Positions 12,415-28,455 of a stretch of DNA of 64,000 nucleotides are shown here, piece by piece (position 1 is the first letter of the stretch; each line of letters starts with the position of its first letter). The position numbers were made by a program, and so were the translations under genes. Source of the stretch: Octopus vulgaris (taxonomy: Eukaryota); NCBI GenBank assembly GCA_951406725.2, contig OX597840.1:6448001-6512000 (forward strand), read 5' to 3'. A model generated the notes under the pieces. That model saw only the letters and a list, made by a program, of their open reading frames with translations. It had not been told where the DNA came from and searched no databases.

Positions 12415-13118
12415 CTGGAGGGGAAAAAGGGGTAAGAAAAGATATTGGTGAGATTGCGTTGTAAGAAGCTTGCTTTTCAGCTTGAAGGTTCCAAATTCTA
12501 TCCCACTATTGATTTTATAAAATCACTGCTCAGGCGCAATTGTCGATTTTTTGTCAACGTCATATACTAACATCAACTCACTACCACGAGCCTCGATCAC
12601 TCATCGATTTTCATCAAAATCGGAAAAAATACAAAAGCTGCAGGAAAAATAACATCGTTATGGGAATTTCCATTCAAACGCCCGATTGAGTTCACAAAAA
12701 TCGATGCCAACTGATCATTATCGAGTTTTCAAAAAATTCCGGCCTTATTTGAACTTCAGGGAACGTGATCTACCTAAGTGCCAAAAATCATTAAAATCGG
12801 TTGGACGGTGTGGGAGGAGTTAGAGTAACCCCAAACGTACAAACAGACAGATACCGTTACACATTTATGTGCGCGTGTATATATATATATATTTTTTTTT
12901 TTTGTACTTGTTTCAGTCATTTTGACTGCGGCCATGCTGGAGCACCGCCTTTAGAGTGGTGAAAGAGTACAGCAGGGATAACCACCATCCCCTGCCGGAG
13001 CCTCGTGGAGCTTTTAGGTGTTTTCGCTCAATAAACACACACAACGCCCGGTCTGGGAATCGAAACCGCGATCCTCCGACCGCAAGTCCGCTGCCCTAAC
13101 CACTGGGCCATTGCGCCT

Positions 13119-13175
<57 letters not shown>

Positions 13176-13188
13176 CATATATATATAT

Positions 13189-13266
<78 letters not shown>

Positions 13267-14197
13267 GTATGTATATGTGTATACAATTAAGAGAAATAAC
13301 CTCTGTTAAGCAATTCAATCGTGAAAGATATTATCTATATTATATAGAAAAATTTAAATATACTATAATAAATATTATTCAAAAAATCAATAAATTAAAT
13401 AAACATTAAATAAATATTTATTTACTTTATTGATTTTTTGAATAATATTTATTATAGTATATTTAAATATTTTCTATATAATATATATAATGTCTTTCAC
13501 TATTGAATTGCTTAACAGAGGTTATTTCTCTAAATTATATACATATATTATATATTGTGAAATTTGATTTAGAATTGCTAAATTGAATTTTTCCCTGTAA
13601 GTTTGGAATTATATTCCCTACTATTATATATATATACATGAGCCCCTTTAAAGCCTAGCCAGGTTCATGGGCCCGGTGTTTATCGGTTTCTATGGTGTAT
13701 GTGTTCCCCAGCTGGACGGGACGCCAGTCCATCGCAGTGTTACTCATTTTTGCCAGCTGAGTGGACTGGAGCAACGTGAAATGAAGTGTTTTGCTCAAGA
13801 ACAAAATGCGTCACCCAGTCCAGGAATCGAAACCACAATCTTACGATCAAGATGCTGACACCCTAACCACTAAGCCACGCACCTCCACACACACACACGC
13901 ACACAATAGACTTACAAAGGTGCCATATAGTAGGTTGTGAATCCAAATGGTTGCAAAGCGAGCTTCTTAACCAAGCAGCTACGACTGCATCGATCGATAA
14001 AATAAGGTTCTTATCATGAACAAGGTTCGATTTAGTCGGAATTTTTTGAAAACTCGATAATGCTCAGTTGGCATCGATTTTTGTGAACTCAATCGGGCGA
14101 TTAGTCCCTCCATTAACCCATTAAAATTAAGGTCTTGAATGAAACAGACAAAAGATAAGAGAGATCAAAATTTTAGAAAAAATGTTTTGTAACTAAC

Positions 14198-14301
14198 GTT
14201 TGAAATGGCGAAGGAACAAGCAGCAGAAATGAAGAATATATTAAAGAGAGCCGAACCGACGATGGCTCCGACACCAACATCACTTTTAGCCACGACGACA
14301 C
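14198..14301 (-). CDS. SLC24/NCKX exon 4
   Basis: Encodes GVVVAKSDVGVGAIVGSALFNIFFISAACSFAISN. Acceptor ttttacag, donor GTTAGT. Confidence 0.95.
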
Positions 14302-14418
14302 CTGTAAAATAACAATAAAGTGTGAAATGAATACTTGAGTTTGACGTGCCGGACAAAATGCTTTGCGGCATTTCGTCCGTCTGTAGGTTTTGTTTGTAAG
14401 AAAGATGGGCTACAGCAA

Positions 14419-14733
14419 ACCCACTGGCTTGACACCATCAAGAGTGATACCGGAATGGACATAGCCAATCTGAAAGAAGCGGCCCAGGATAGAACTGACT
14501 GGAGGACACTGATCCATCGAGTGACCGAGAGTCGACTTCGACTCAGCGGATAGAGAGATGGAGCTCAGAATGGTCAGTGGCAAGAGAGGAAGAGGCCGAC
14601 CAAGAACCCGCTGGCTTGACACCATCAAGAGTGATACCGGAATGGACATAGCCAATCTGAAAGAAGCGGCCCATGATAAAACTGACTGGAGGACACTGAT
14701 CCAACGAGTGACCGAGAGTCGACTTCGACTGAG

Positions 14734-14807
<74 letters not shown>

Positions 14808-15053
14808 TATATATTATGTGGAGAAAAATCCCTGGAGAAGGACATCATGCTCGGAATGGTCAGTGGCAAGAGAGGAAGAGGCCGACCAAGAACCCGCTGG
14901 CTTGACACCATCTTTGGGGAGAGAGTTCAAGAGACCGTGAAACCGCCCAGGGGTAAATGGACATAGCCAATCTGAAAGAAGCGGTCCAGGATAGGACTGA
15001 CTAGAGGACACTGATCCAACGAGTAACCGAGAGTTGACTTCGACTGAGCGGAT
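14419..15053 (+). mobile_element. three tandem 3' fragments of an RTE-clade LINE
   Basis: GMVSGKRGRGRPRTRWLDTIK...AQDRTDWRTLIHRVTESRLRLSG* is a typical RTE C-terminus, repeated three times. Confidence 0.85.
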
Positions 15054-15480
15054 AGATAGATAGATAGATAGTAGGTTTTGAGTTCAAATTCCGCCGAGGT
15101 CGACTGAACCTTTCAACCCTTCGGGGTCGATAAAATATAGACTAATTGAGCACTGGGATTGATCTGATCGACAATTCGTTTCCACAAAAATATGAAGAAG
15201 AAATGACTCGAAGCAATGCAGGCTACAGGCAGCAAGCCCATTATGCAAGCAAGACTCCAGCAGTTCCAACAGAATCTGATATAAAAAGAAATAATAATAA
15301 ATGCCCTGATGCAGTACCAGGCAGTGGCTCTCATGGCTTCTGATCTTAACTGATTGGAAGTGTTATCATGTACATTGTTTTGTCTTGGTATAAAAGATGG
15401 GCTACAGCAAATATTCTACCCCAGTGTCACTTTGATGGCATGAACTGCTCTCTCACTCAATAATAATAATAATAATAATA

Positions 15481-15520
<40 letters not shown>

Positions 15521-15588
15521 CAACAACAACAACAACAACAACAATAATAATAATAATAATAATGATAATAATGATAATAATAATAATA

Positions 15589-15625
<37 letters not shown>

Positions 15626-15723
15626 TAATAATGATAATAATAATAATAATAATGATAGTAATAATAATAATAACGATAATAATAATAATAATAATGATAA
15701 TAATGATAATAATAATAATAGTA

Positions 15724-15788
<65 letters not shown>

Positions 15789-15807
15789 AATAACAATAAT
15801 AATAATA

Positions 15808-16365
15808 AATGCCCTGATGCAGTACCAGGCAGTGGCTTTCATGGCTTCTGATCTTAACTGATTGGAAGTATTATCACGTACATTGTTTTGGCTTGGTATA
15901 AGAGATGGGCTACAGCAAATATTCTGCTCAATACCACAGATTTGCTTGTCAGTTGTTTGACCTTAACCAATCGAGCATGTCCCTTAGTGGCTGACGATAT
16001 GTGCATCTCTGATCACGAGCAGAAGTAGTGGGGGAGCATCATAGCCGTTAGTTGAAAGGAATTCTTAGAGGTTTGGATAATCACCTTTGGAAACATGGGT
16101 GGTTCTTTCAACATCCTTAAACAGCCCTTATTCAAGGACCTTTTGAGCGGGATGGGATACTCGACCAGAAGAAAATTCTAACTGGGCCCCACCTCCAAGG
16201 TCATGTGCTGTTTATCTTGATATGAGATCATCATGTCGCGCACATATGGTTGTGATGCATGTGTCTAGTGTACCCTTATCAGACAGGTAGTCATGATGAG
16301 TATACTGGGCTTCGTATATTTTACCCCAGTGTCACTTTGATGGCATACGCTGCTCTCTCACTCAA
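15808..16365 (+). mobile_element. (TAA)n-flanked interspersed repeat with an internally deleted copy at ~15299-15460
   Basis: Both copies share the ends aatgccctgatgcagtaccagg... and ...ctgctctctcactcaataataat. Confidence 0.55.
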
Positions 16366-16425
16366 TAATAATAATAATAATAATAATAACAATAACAATA
16401 ATAATAATAATAATAATAAAAAATC

Positions 16426-16486
<61 letters not shown>

Positions 16487-16505
16487 CGACGACGACGACG
16501 ACGAC

Positions 16506-16536
<31 letters not shown>

Positions 16537-16553
16537 ATGATGATTGTGATGTG

Positions 16554-16586
<33 letters not shown>

Positions 16587-16598
16587 GATTATACTTGC

Positions 16599-16682
16599 CA
16601 ATGATTGAAGTAAACAACTCAGGGGCCGAGCTTCCTATAGCCATAAAAGTTGCCCCACCAACGTCTGAGTTTATTGACAAAA
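16599..16682 (-). CDS. SLC24/NCKX exon 3 (alpha-1 repeat)
   Basis: Encodes SDVGGATFMAIGSSAPELFTSIIG, the alpha-1 motif. Acceptor tttgcag; donor is GCAAGT (GC-AG intron). Confidence 0.95.
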
Positions 16683-16791
16683 CTGCAAAGATATCACATA
16701 CATACATTAGAATAAGTTTGAATGATGTAAGATATACATTGGAAAAGCTGTGGCTGCAGCCCCGGTAATAAAAAAGCAGCACTATATATAT

Positions 16792-16849
<58 letters not shown>

Positions 16850-17423
16850 TGATACATATGTGCCATTTGAATATGGCTAACCCATAAGGGTGGATGGTAG
16901 TGTAGTTTGTAGCCCCAGGAAGATACCTCCTCCAGCTGGCTATAGACACACTATCTGTGTCCTGTCAGTATTTGTGAAGGGGAGTCATCCTCCCCGTCTT
17001 CAACGCATGATACACACGTACCCGAGTTTCAAGGTGTTTACCTTTCATCAGCGTGTGACAATCATGGTTGTCGATGAGAAGTCAGATCCCTTCACAAATA
17101 CATATACTTTTTCCAGTGTCGATATATAGGTGTTTTCGCTCAATAAACACACACAACGCCCGGTCTGAGAATCGAAACCGCGATCCTGCGACCGCGAGTC
17201 CGCTGCCCTAACCACTAGGCCATTGCGCCTCTACATATATATATATATACATACATATATATACTTTATTTATTTTGTTAACAAAACTGTCCGACGAACG
17301 GGAACTTGAAACTCCGAATAACAGCTTTTGTTAAATTTCTGCTGCTTTTAAATAAAGCATATTACCTCTGGTATTTGGGTACTCTTTTTACTACACCTTG
17401 TTTCACATTTATGTGTTTACTCC

Positions 17424-17478
<55 letters not shown>

Positions 17479-17706
17479 AAAATTAACCTTAAGGTATAGA
17501 GGCTTTATTGGGTAAATCTGTTTAAATTTTTATAATTTTACATGATCAGAGTTGAAACCGGTGAAAACCAGGTTGGTTTTTATGTTTTAAATTATTTATT
17601 TATATTGTGTTTGTGTTCGTTAAGTGTAATAAAAAAGTTAAGTGTAATAAAAAAAAGCTCATAATTGTTTCTTACTAGTCTCAACAGAATCTACGTGGTA
17701 GTGTTT

Positions 17707-17756
<50 letters not shown>

Positions 17757-17775
17757 TAAATGAATATATACTTAC

Positions 17776-17982
17776 ACAATGTCAGTCGTTGAAGGGCCGG
17801 CACAAAGTACTCATCACACACAATGGCAAGACTAAGGAACATGTAGAGAGCTATAGCTACGTAGATTGCGACACTGGCGACTTTATTGAAGTCCTTCGGA
17901 AGGAAACTGTTCGGAAACTGCTCGATGGCCCGTGGGGTGCAGTTAAGAATGAAGATGGTGTCGTCGATAATAGTTTCGTTAT
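17776..17982 (-). CDS. SLC24/NCKX exon 2
   Basis: Encodes DNETIIDDTIFILNCTPRAIEQFPNSF...YMFLSLAIVCDEYFVPALQRL, the NCKX TM1 signature. Acceptor ttacagcag, donor GTAAGT. Confidence 0.95.
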
Positions 17983-18050
17983 CTGCTGTAAGGTAAAAAT
18001 TTTAAAACAATAAAAATTATTATAGCTTTATATGTGTTTCGAAATCTCTC

Positions 18051-18428
18051 TCTATATAAACGGCAGTTTGTCTGTCTACGTGTCTGTGTGTCTGTTAGGT
18101 TGTACCCTCACCCTGACCACGGCTTTCAACCGATTCTGATGAAACTTGACACACACATAGCCCAATGTCATAATTCAAAACTAACGCAGCGAAAATTTTG
18201 AAAAGTTCCCCCAGTTCTGAAAAAAATCAATAAATACGACATGGGGTCGAGAATCAGAAACACAAACCACAGACTGTCTAGGGGACGCAACTCGACCTTT
18301 TTAACTCTCAAAAAAAATTTGCCATCATTTTTTTTCCATTTTTTTCCAATTTTTTGGCTATAACTCTCTAAAAATGCTTTATAGTTATTTCCCTTACAAA
18401 CCCGAGCAACGCCGGGCGATACTGCTAG
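18051..18428 (+). mobile_element. non-autonomous Helitron
   Basis: 5' TC, subterminal hairpin cccg-agcaacgc-cggg and a 3' CTAG followed by T. Confidence 0.8.
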
Positions 18429-18628
18429 TATATATATATATATATCATCATCATTGTCATCATCGTCGTCGTTGTCTAACACCCATTTTCGAACGTCCAT
18501 TTTCCATGCTGGCATAGTCTGGGCAGTTTGGTAAGAGCTGGCGAGACAGGGGACTGCGCCTCGCTTTATTGTCTGCTTAAACACGATTTCTACGGCGGGA
18601 TGTCCTTCCTAACGCCATATGCATATGT

Positions 18629-18688
<60 letters not shown>

Positions 18689-18745
18689 ACACACAGAATC
18701 ACTTATGCATATTTGTTGTTACTGTAGCGTGTCTTTACTTCAATG

Positions 18746-19130
18746 TGGAGGCGCAATGGCCCAGTGGTTAGGGCAGCGGACTCGCGGTCATAGGATCGCG
18801 GTTTCGATTCCCAGACCGGGCATTGTGAGTGTTTATTGAGCGAAAACACCTAAAAGCTCCACGAGGCTCCGGCAGGGGATGGTGGTGATCCCTGCTGTAC
18901 TCTTTCACCACAACTTTCTCTCACTCTTTCTTCCTGTTTCTGTTGTACCTGTATTTCAAAGGGCCGGCCTTGTCACTCTCTGTGTCACGCTGAATATCCC
19001 CGAGAACTACGTTAAGGGTGCACGTGTCTGTGGAGTGCTCAGCCACTTACACGTTAATTTCACGAGCAGGCTGTTCCGTTGGTCGGATCAACCGGAACCC
19101 TCATCGTCGTAACCGACGGAGTGCTTCCAC
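18746..19130 (+). mobile_element. tRNA(Arg)-like SINE family 2
   Basis: Head ggaggcgcaatggcccagtggttagggcagcggactcgcggtc...ggtttcgattccc. Minus-strand copies near 12955-13120, 17128-17232, 47345-47626, 51580-51700 and 61195-61345. Confidence 0.85.
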
Positions 19131-20355
19131 TGTAGCGTGTCTTTACTTTCAGTTAAAATCCAGACTGCTGCTTTTCCAATCTGGAAAGTGTTAATCAGCA
19201 AAAAACACGGATCTTTCAAATTGAATGATGAATCCATGAAGAAAGCTAACAAACGACGTTGAACGAACAAGAAGATGTTTGCACACCGGGCGAAATGCTC
19301 AGCGGTATTTCGTCTGCCGTTACGTTCTGAGTTCAAATTCCGCCGAGGTCGACTTTGCCTTTCATCCTTTCTGGGTCGATAAATTAAGTACCTATTTCTT
19401 TATTACCCACAAGGGGCTAAACATAGAGGGGACAAACAAGGACAGACATAGGTATTAATCGATTACATCGACCCCAGTGCGTAACTGGTACTTAATTTAT
19501 CGACCCCGAAAGGATGAAAGGCAAAGTCGACCTTGGCGGAAGTTGAACTCAGAACGTAACGGCAGACGAAATACCACTAAGCATCTCGCCCGGCGTGCTA
19601 ACGTTTCTGCCAGCTCGCCGCCTTCATCCGATAAATTAAGTACCACTTACGAACTGGGGTCGATATAATCGACTTAATCCGTTTTTGTGACCTTGTTCGT
19701 CCCATCTGTTTTTAGCCCCTTTGGGTAGACGAACACCTTCTTGTTCGTACATCAAATACATTGAGAGACGTTAGCAAAACTTCTAACGAGTCAGGTCCCA
19801 GAATTGGTCTCATTTTTCAGTTTTTCTTTTCTTGTCTTTTCACAGACTTCTTCGACCTTATATCTTTTCACTGTTTCAGTCATTGAGATACGGCCATGGT
19901 AAGGTACGGACTCGAAAGGTGTTTTTAGTGGCACAAATCGATTCCAGTAGTTCTTTATTTTTAAATCCGCTTCTTACTTTACTGGTCTCTTTTTGCCGAA
20001 GCTGCCAAGTGACGGGAATGTAATCAAACCAAGACCGGTTATTAAGTTGTTGGGTGCAGACACAAAGACACATACACATACATACATACATACATACATA
20101 CATACATACAAACATACATACATACATACATACATTCATACATACATACATACATACATACATACATACAAACATATATACATACATACATACATACATA
20201 CATACATACATTCATACATACATACATACATACATACATGCATGCATATATACATACATACAAACAAACATACATACATACATACAAACAAACATACATG
20301 CATGCATGCATACATACATACATACATACACACATACATACATACATACATACAC

Positions 20356-20388
<33 letters not shown>

Positions 20389-20514
20389 CATAAATATAAA
20401 CATACATACATACATACATATATACATACATACACATACATACATACATACATACATACATACATACATACATACATACATACATACATACATACATACA
20501 TACATACATACATA

Positions 20515-21086
20515 CGCAAAAAAGACCGTCCTGAAATAAACTTAGAAAATCTCTCTGTTATGGAATACATTCATAAACACCAACTCTAGGAATACTGGTG
20601 GAATATTCCCATCAAAACTTCTGTCAACTGCAAATATAACAGGTCGAATATTGTTGTTTGGGATTGAGAGGCATGGGTATGTACCATCATAGAGGTCAGC
20701 TGCCCTGCAGATATAAATATCTCTTTGAAAATCAAAGAAAAAGAGGATATCTATGGACAACTGCTTCGAAACATTCAGCTTCTATATCCAGACTATGAAT
20801 TCATATTCTTACCAATAATAATTGGAGCATTAGGTTTTGTTAGTAAATGCTTAAAAGAGAATCTGGAGAAACTGGGATTTTCAGAAAGAGAAATTGACCG
20901 GCTAATTCGTATATTATAAGTGCAATCTGTAAGTGGAACAGTAAAAGTATGCAAGACTTTTCTGAAGTTCCAAATGTGAATTTCTTTGTGTTAACAACAT
21001 CCCAAAGATGGAGCCTTGTATCTTTGCTGGAAACCGGATCCCTCCTCAGTGGAAGATTTATAATAATTTAAAAAAACAGAAGAGAC
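20515..21086 (+). mobile_element. 3' fragment of a non-LTR retrotransposon with restriction-like endonuclease (R4/Dong, NeSL or HERO type) inside (TACA)n
   Basis: YWWNIPIKT...NRSNIVVWD...IIEVSCPADINISLKIKEKEDIYGQL...PIIIGALG is a PD-(D/E)xK REL pattern with stops. (TACA)n lies on both sides. Confidence 0.8.
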
Positions 21087-21319
21087 ATACATACATACAT
21101 ACATACATACATACATACATACATACATACATACATACATACGTACGTACGTACATACATACATGCATACATACATACATACATACATATATACATACAT
21201 ACATACAACCATACATACATACATACATACATACATACATACATACATACATACATACATACATACATACATACATACATACAAACATACGTACATACAT
21301 ACATACATACATACCTACA

Positions 21320-21353
<34 letters not shown>

Positions 21354-22475
21354 CATACATACATACAACCATACATATATACATACATACATACATACAT
21401 ACATACATACATACATACAACCATACATACATACATACATACATACATAGATACATACATACATACAAACATACGTACATACATACATACATACATACCT
21501 ACATACATACCTACATACATACATACAACCATACATACATACATACATACATACATACATACATACATACATACAAACATACGTACATACATACATACAT
21601 ACATACCTACATACATACATACATACATACATACAACCATACATATATACATACATACATACATACATACAACCATACATACATACATACATACATACAT
21701 ACATACATACATACAACCATACATACATACATACATACATACATACATACATACAAACATACGTACATACATACATACATACATACATACCTACATACAT
21801 ACATACATACATACATACATACATACATACTTACATACATACATACGTACATACATACATACAATCATACATACATACATACATACATACATACATACAT
21901 ACATACATACATACATACATACATACATACATGCATGCATACATATACACATGCACGCGTACACACATATACACGACAGTTTCTGTCTAACAAATTCACT
22001 CACAAGGCATTGGTCAGCCAAGACTACATTAGAAGACAACTGTCCAAAGTGCCACGCAATGGGACAGAACCCGAAAACACGTGGTTGAAAAACAAGCTTG
22101 TTAACCACACATCCGTGCACGCGCCATGTTCAGTTTTGGATTTGAAAACAGCAGACATCTTTATTTTTATCTTTTGATGTTTTTTACCATTGTCAAATTA
22201 ATCTTATTGTTAAATTATTTTACTAAACCTTTGAATGAGAAAGAATTTGTCGTCAGAGACAAAAAAATGTAACACAATTACAATATCCGCTGCTTATTCT
22301 TTGATACTAATGAATAAAAATAAAGCAAGCTTTCTGTCATTATGGCACAATATTTAATGCTTTCTGGTGTTGAATGCTCTCCATATGATATAGTGTCATC
22401 TCGTGTTTGTGTACAAATTGATGCGGAAAGGTACGGGAAAGTTGTTCCCATATAATATCAATATTTTAACCATTT

Positions 22476-22697
22476 AAGGCGGCAAGCTGGCAGAAACGTT
22501 AGCACGCCGGGCGAAATGCGTAGCCATATTTCGTCTGCCGTTGCGTTCTGACTTCAAATTTCGCCGAGGTCGACTTTGCCTTTCATCCCTTCGGGGTCGA
22601 TTAAATAAGTACCAGTTACGCACTGGGGTCAATGTAATCGACTTAATCCGTTTGTCCTCTCTGTGTTTAGCCCCTTGTGGGTAGTAAAGAAATAGGT
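22476..22697 (+). mobile_element. SINE family 3 with Nin-like central domain
   Basis: ggcggcaagctggcagaaacgttagc...gtcgactttgcctttcatcccttcggggtcgat..aagtaccag. Copies near 5700-5935 (-), 7620-7823 (-), 19280-19720 and 34330-35070. Confidence 0.8.
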
Positions 22698-22846
22698 CTT
22701 ACCAACTATATGGTTCCGGGTTCAGTCCCATTATGTAGCACCTTGGGCAAGTGTCTTCTACTATAGCCTCGGGCCGACCAAAGCCTTGTGAATGGATTTG
22801 GTAGACGGAAATTGAAAGAAGCTAGTCGTATATATGTATATGTATG

Positions 22847-22945
<99 letters not shown>

Positions 22946-23313
22946 TGTATGTATGTATGTATGTATATGTTTGTGTGTGTTGTGTTTGTCCACCCAACAT
23001 CGCTTGACAACCGAAGCTGGTGTGTTTACGCCCCCGTAACTAAGCTGTTCGGCAAAAGAAACCGATTGAATAAGTACTACGCTTACAAAGAATAAGTCCT
23101 GGGGTCGATTTGCTAGACTAAAGGCGGTACTCCTGCTTGGCCACAGTCACATGACTGAAACAAGTAAAAGAGTAAATGTATATATATATCACGTGTGTGT
23201 GTGTGTGTGTTAATGTGTGTGTATTTATGAGTATGATGCAAATGTATGTTTATATATTTTGATCATCGAGTTTTCTATAATTTTTTACTCAACGACCTAC
23301 ATTCATCCTGGCC

Positions 23314-23409
<96 letters not shown>

Positions 23410-23710
23410 TTGTCTAACTAACTAACTAACTAACTGACTAGCTAGCTAACTAACTATCAACCTGTCTGTATGTCTACTTATCTCCGTATCTGACTGTAAA
23501 TAAATATATCAAGTAAAAACAACAACGAAAAAAACCCACCATTTTTTACACTGGAAAAGAATTATAGCCGTTTCATTGAAGCAGACGAGAAATGCGGCCA
23601 TTACGTTTGACGCCTGCTTGTCGGTCATACCTTTCATTATCAAGTCTTTAGTTGCATGTGATACAGGTGAAAATATGAAGGCTGGTTCGAGGTGTATAGA
23701 TAGATTGTAT

Positions 23711-23741
<31 letters not shown>

Positions 23742-23770
23742 TATATATATATATACATACATATACATAC

Positions 23771-23831
<61 letters not shown>

Positions 23832-23894
23832 TGTGTGTATGCATGTGTGTATATACATATATATATGTATGCATGTATGTACATATATATATAC

Positions 23895-23946
<52 letters not shown>

Positions 23947-24382
23947 TATATAGAAGGAGCTTCTACAGGACTAGTACTGTTTCATTCAAGAGAAGTCTTC
24001 AGGAAGCTATTTAACAAGAATTGTATTAGCATTTATACATTTAGGCAGGTTTAAAGGAGTGGTGGTGGGGGACTTTTTTGGGGGTAGGCATAGCGCAAAA
24101 TATCATACTTGGGGGAGTGGTCAAGGAGTCAGTGGTAAGTTAGATGAAAGAATAGATAAATAAAAAAATAAAAAAAATAAAAAAAAAAAAAAATAAAAAA
24201 ATAAAAAAATAAAAAAATAAAAAAATAAAAAAATATATATAAAAAATATATATATATAAAAATATATATATAAAAAAAAATATATATATATAAAAAAAAA
24301 GGGGGGATAGAGTTATAGGTAAATAAGGAGATTCTCACTTATACCTATACACATATGTATACGTATCTACACACATATACAT

Positions 24383-24425
<43 letters not shown>

Positions 24426-24681
24426 TATACACGCATATACATACATATCTACATACACACATACATACACCCGCCCACATATACAAATTTATACACATGC
24501 ACATGCAAATACCTGTCTACACATACACACACGTATATATGCATACACTCACTCCCATGCATGCACGCATACACACATGTATATATATACCCACGACCAC
24601 ACATACATATATACACAGAAAAATATATATTCATACGCACATACACTCATGCACACACAACACACCTAGTTCCCTATATAC

Positions 24682-24724
24682 ACATATTTACACCTATATA
24701 TACATACACCCACATACACATATG

Positions 24725-24764
<40 letters not shown>

Positions 24765-24865
24765 CACGCATACATATATATACACATGTGTGCACATACA
24801 TACATATACACACATACATACACATACACATACACATGTGTACCTATACATACCTACACATACAC

Positions 24866-24914
<49 letters not shown>

Positions 24915-25303
24915 CCAATACAGGCCCATTCCCTAATTTTAATTTTATTATCTTCATTTATTACTTTTGTTATCTTTGATCGCTAGAGCTAAGGATCCTG
25001 GCTATGGCAGCATGTCCATTTGTCTGTCTACTAGAAGGCAAGTACTCATTCCCGCACACACACTCATTAGCACGTACATTCACCCATTCGTACACTCATA
25101 CACATACACGTACGCACGCGTTATATTCATACATACAAACATCTACATACGTTCACGTATATACACATACGTACTCGTACCTACAGATTCGTGTCTACAC
25201 TTTAGGAGGCTAGTCTATACATATACACCAATAAATATACATATATATATATATACACATATGCATACACACACACACATATACTCCTACATACAGATAC
25301 ATA

Positions 25304-25349
<46 letters not shown>

Positions 25350-25557
25350 CATACACATACACACACATATATATACACACACATACATACACATATATAT
25401 ACATACACAAACATATATACACACATATATATATATATATACACACATACACACACATACATACATATACACACAAACACATACATACGTATACATACAT
25501 ACATACATCCATACATCCATACTTACATGCATTTATACGCGTACACACACCCCCATC

Positions 25558-25588
<31 letters not shown>

Positions 25589-26078
25589 TCACACATACAT
25601 ATACAAATATACGCACACACATACATACATACACGTATACACATACACGCACATACACATATACATGCGTACCCATACACGTGCACACACGCACGTGCAT
25701 CCATATATATACACACACACACATATATACACGTGTGCAAGCATACATACATACTCATACACGCACACATAATTACATATACATATATGCACACACTTAC
25801 ACACATATATACATACACATATACATGCATACATACATATATGCATACATACACATACACGCACATACACATATACATGCGTACCCATACACGTGCACAC
25901 ACGCACGCGCATCCATATATATACACACACACACATATATACACGTGTGCAAGCATACATACATACTCATACACGCACACATACTTACATATACATATAT
26001 GCACACACTTACACACATATATACATACACATATACATGCATACATACATATATGCATACATACACACACGCGCACTC

Positions 26079-26109
<31 letters not shown>

Positions 26110-26272
26110 TACACATACACATACATACACATATACACATACATACACATACACATACATACATATACATATATATATATACACATATACACATACATAT
26201 ATACACATATACATACATATACATACACACACACATACATATATACATATACACTGATACACATACCCATAC

Positions 26273-26303
<31 letters not shown>

Positions 26304-26386
26304 TATACACATGCATATACTTATATCTCTACATACTCACATATAAACATATATATATATATACACATATATATATACATGTACAT

Positions 26387-26421
<35 letters not shown>

Positions 26422-26423
26422 CC

Positions 26424-26457
<34 letters not shown>

Positions 26458-27060
26458 TACATATACACATATACATGTATACATATGCAATAATGATACA
26501 CATATATACACATACACACACACAGACAGATGCATATACATACATATATATATAAATTACATATCTATATAAATACATACATAATACACATATACACACA
26601 CATATATATACATGCATATACATATACAAATATACATACACATACATACACACACACGCGCACACATACATATACACACACACATATACAAATACATACA
26701 TACACACATACACACACACACATATATACATACATGTACACATATACATATATATATATATATCAACAAGGGAGGGTAAAGTTAATTAGTTATTAATCAA
26801 TTTCACCAAGTATTCAGTATGTAAAGGGACCATTATTATTTTTTTGAGTAAACAGTGTAAGAGGGAAAAAATTCTCTAAGTAGTGGAAGAGGCTAAAAAA
26901 CTTTATTGGCTGCTATTTCTAGAAAGTTTAGTATGTGGCAAAATAAAATAAATTACTTTGCCACATACTAAACTTTCTAGAAATAGCAGCCAATAAAGTT
27001 TTTTAGCCTCTTCCACTACATATTTACACCTATATATACATACACCCACATACACATATG

Positions 27061-27100
<40 letters not shown>

Positions 27101-27201
27101 CACGCATACATATATATACACATGTGTGCACATACATACATATACACACATACATACACATACACATACACATGTGTACCTATACATACCTACACATACA
27201 C

Positions 27202-27255
<54 letters not shown>

Positions 27256-27649
27256 ACAATCCAATACAGGCCCATTCCCTAATTTTAATTTTATTATCTT
27301 CATTTATTACTTTTGTTATCTTTGATCGCTAGAGCTAAGGATCCTGGCTATGGCAGCATGGCCATTTGTCTGTCTACTAGAAGGCAAGTACTCATTCCCG
27401 CACGCACACTCATTAGCACGTACATTCACCCATTCGTACACTCATACACATACACGTACGCACGCGTTATATTCATACATACAAACATCTACATACGTTC
27501 ACGTATATACACATACGTACTCGTACCTACAGATTCGTGTCTACACTTTAGGAGGCTAGTCTATACATATACACCAATAAATATACATATATATATATAT
27601 ACACATATGCATACACACACACACATATACTCCTACATACAGATACATA

Positions 27650-27689
<40 letters not shown>

Positions 27690-28407
27690 CATACACATAC
27701 ACACATATATATACACACACATACATACACATATATATACATACACAAACATATATACACACATATATATATATATATACACACATACACACACATACAT
27801 ACATATACACACAAACACATACATACGTATACATACATACATACATCCATACATCCATACTTACATGCATTTATACGCATACACACACCCCCATCTATAT
27901 ATATATATATATATATATACACACTCACACATACATATACAAATATACGCACACACATACATACATACACGTATACACATACACGCACATACACATATAC
28001 ATGCGTACCCATACACGTGCACACACGCACGTGCATCCATATATATACACACACACATATATACACGTGTGCAAGCATACATACATACTCATACACGCAC
28101 ACATAATTACATATACATATATGCACACACTTACACACATATATACATACACATATACATGCATACATACATATATGCATACATACACATACACGCACAT
28201 ACACATATACATGCGTACCCATACACGTGCACACACGCACGCGCATCCATATATATACACACACACACATATATACACGTGTGCAAGCATACATACATAC
28301 TCATACACGCACACATACTTACATATACATATATGCACACACTTACACACATATACATACACATATACATGCATACATACATATATGCATACATACACAC
28401 ACGCGCA

Positions 28408-28455
<48 letters not shown>

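Noticed and set aside
18746-18820. tRNA-Arg-like sequence
   Set aside because: The acceptor stem is incomplete and the sequence continues into a repeated SINE body found many times in the window.
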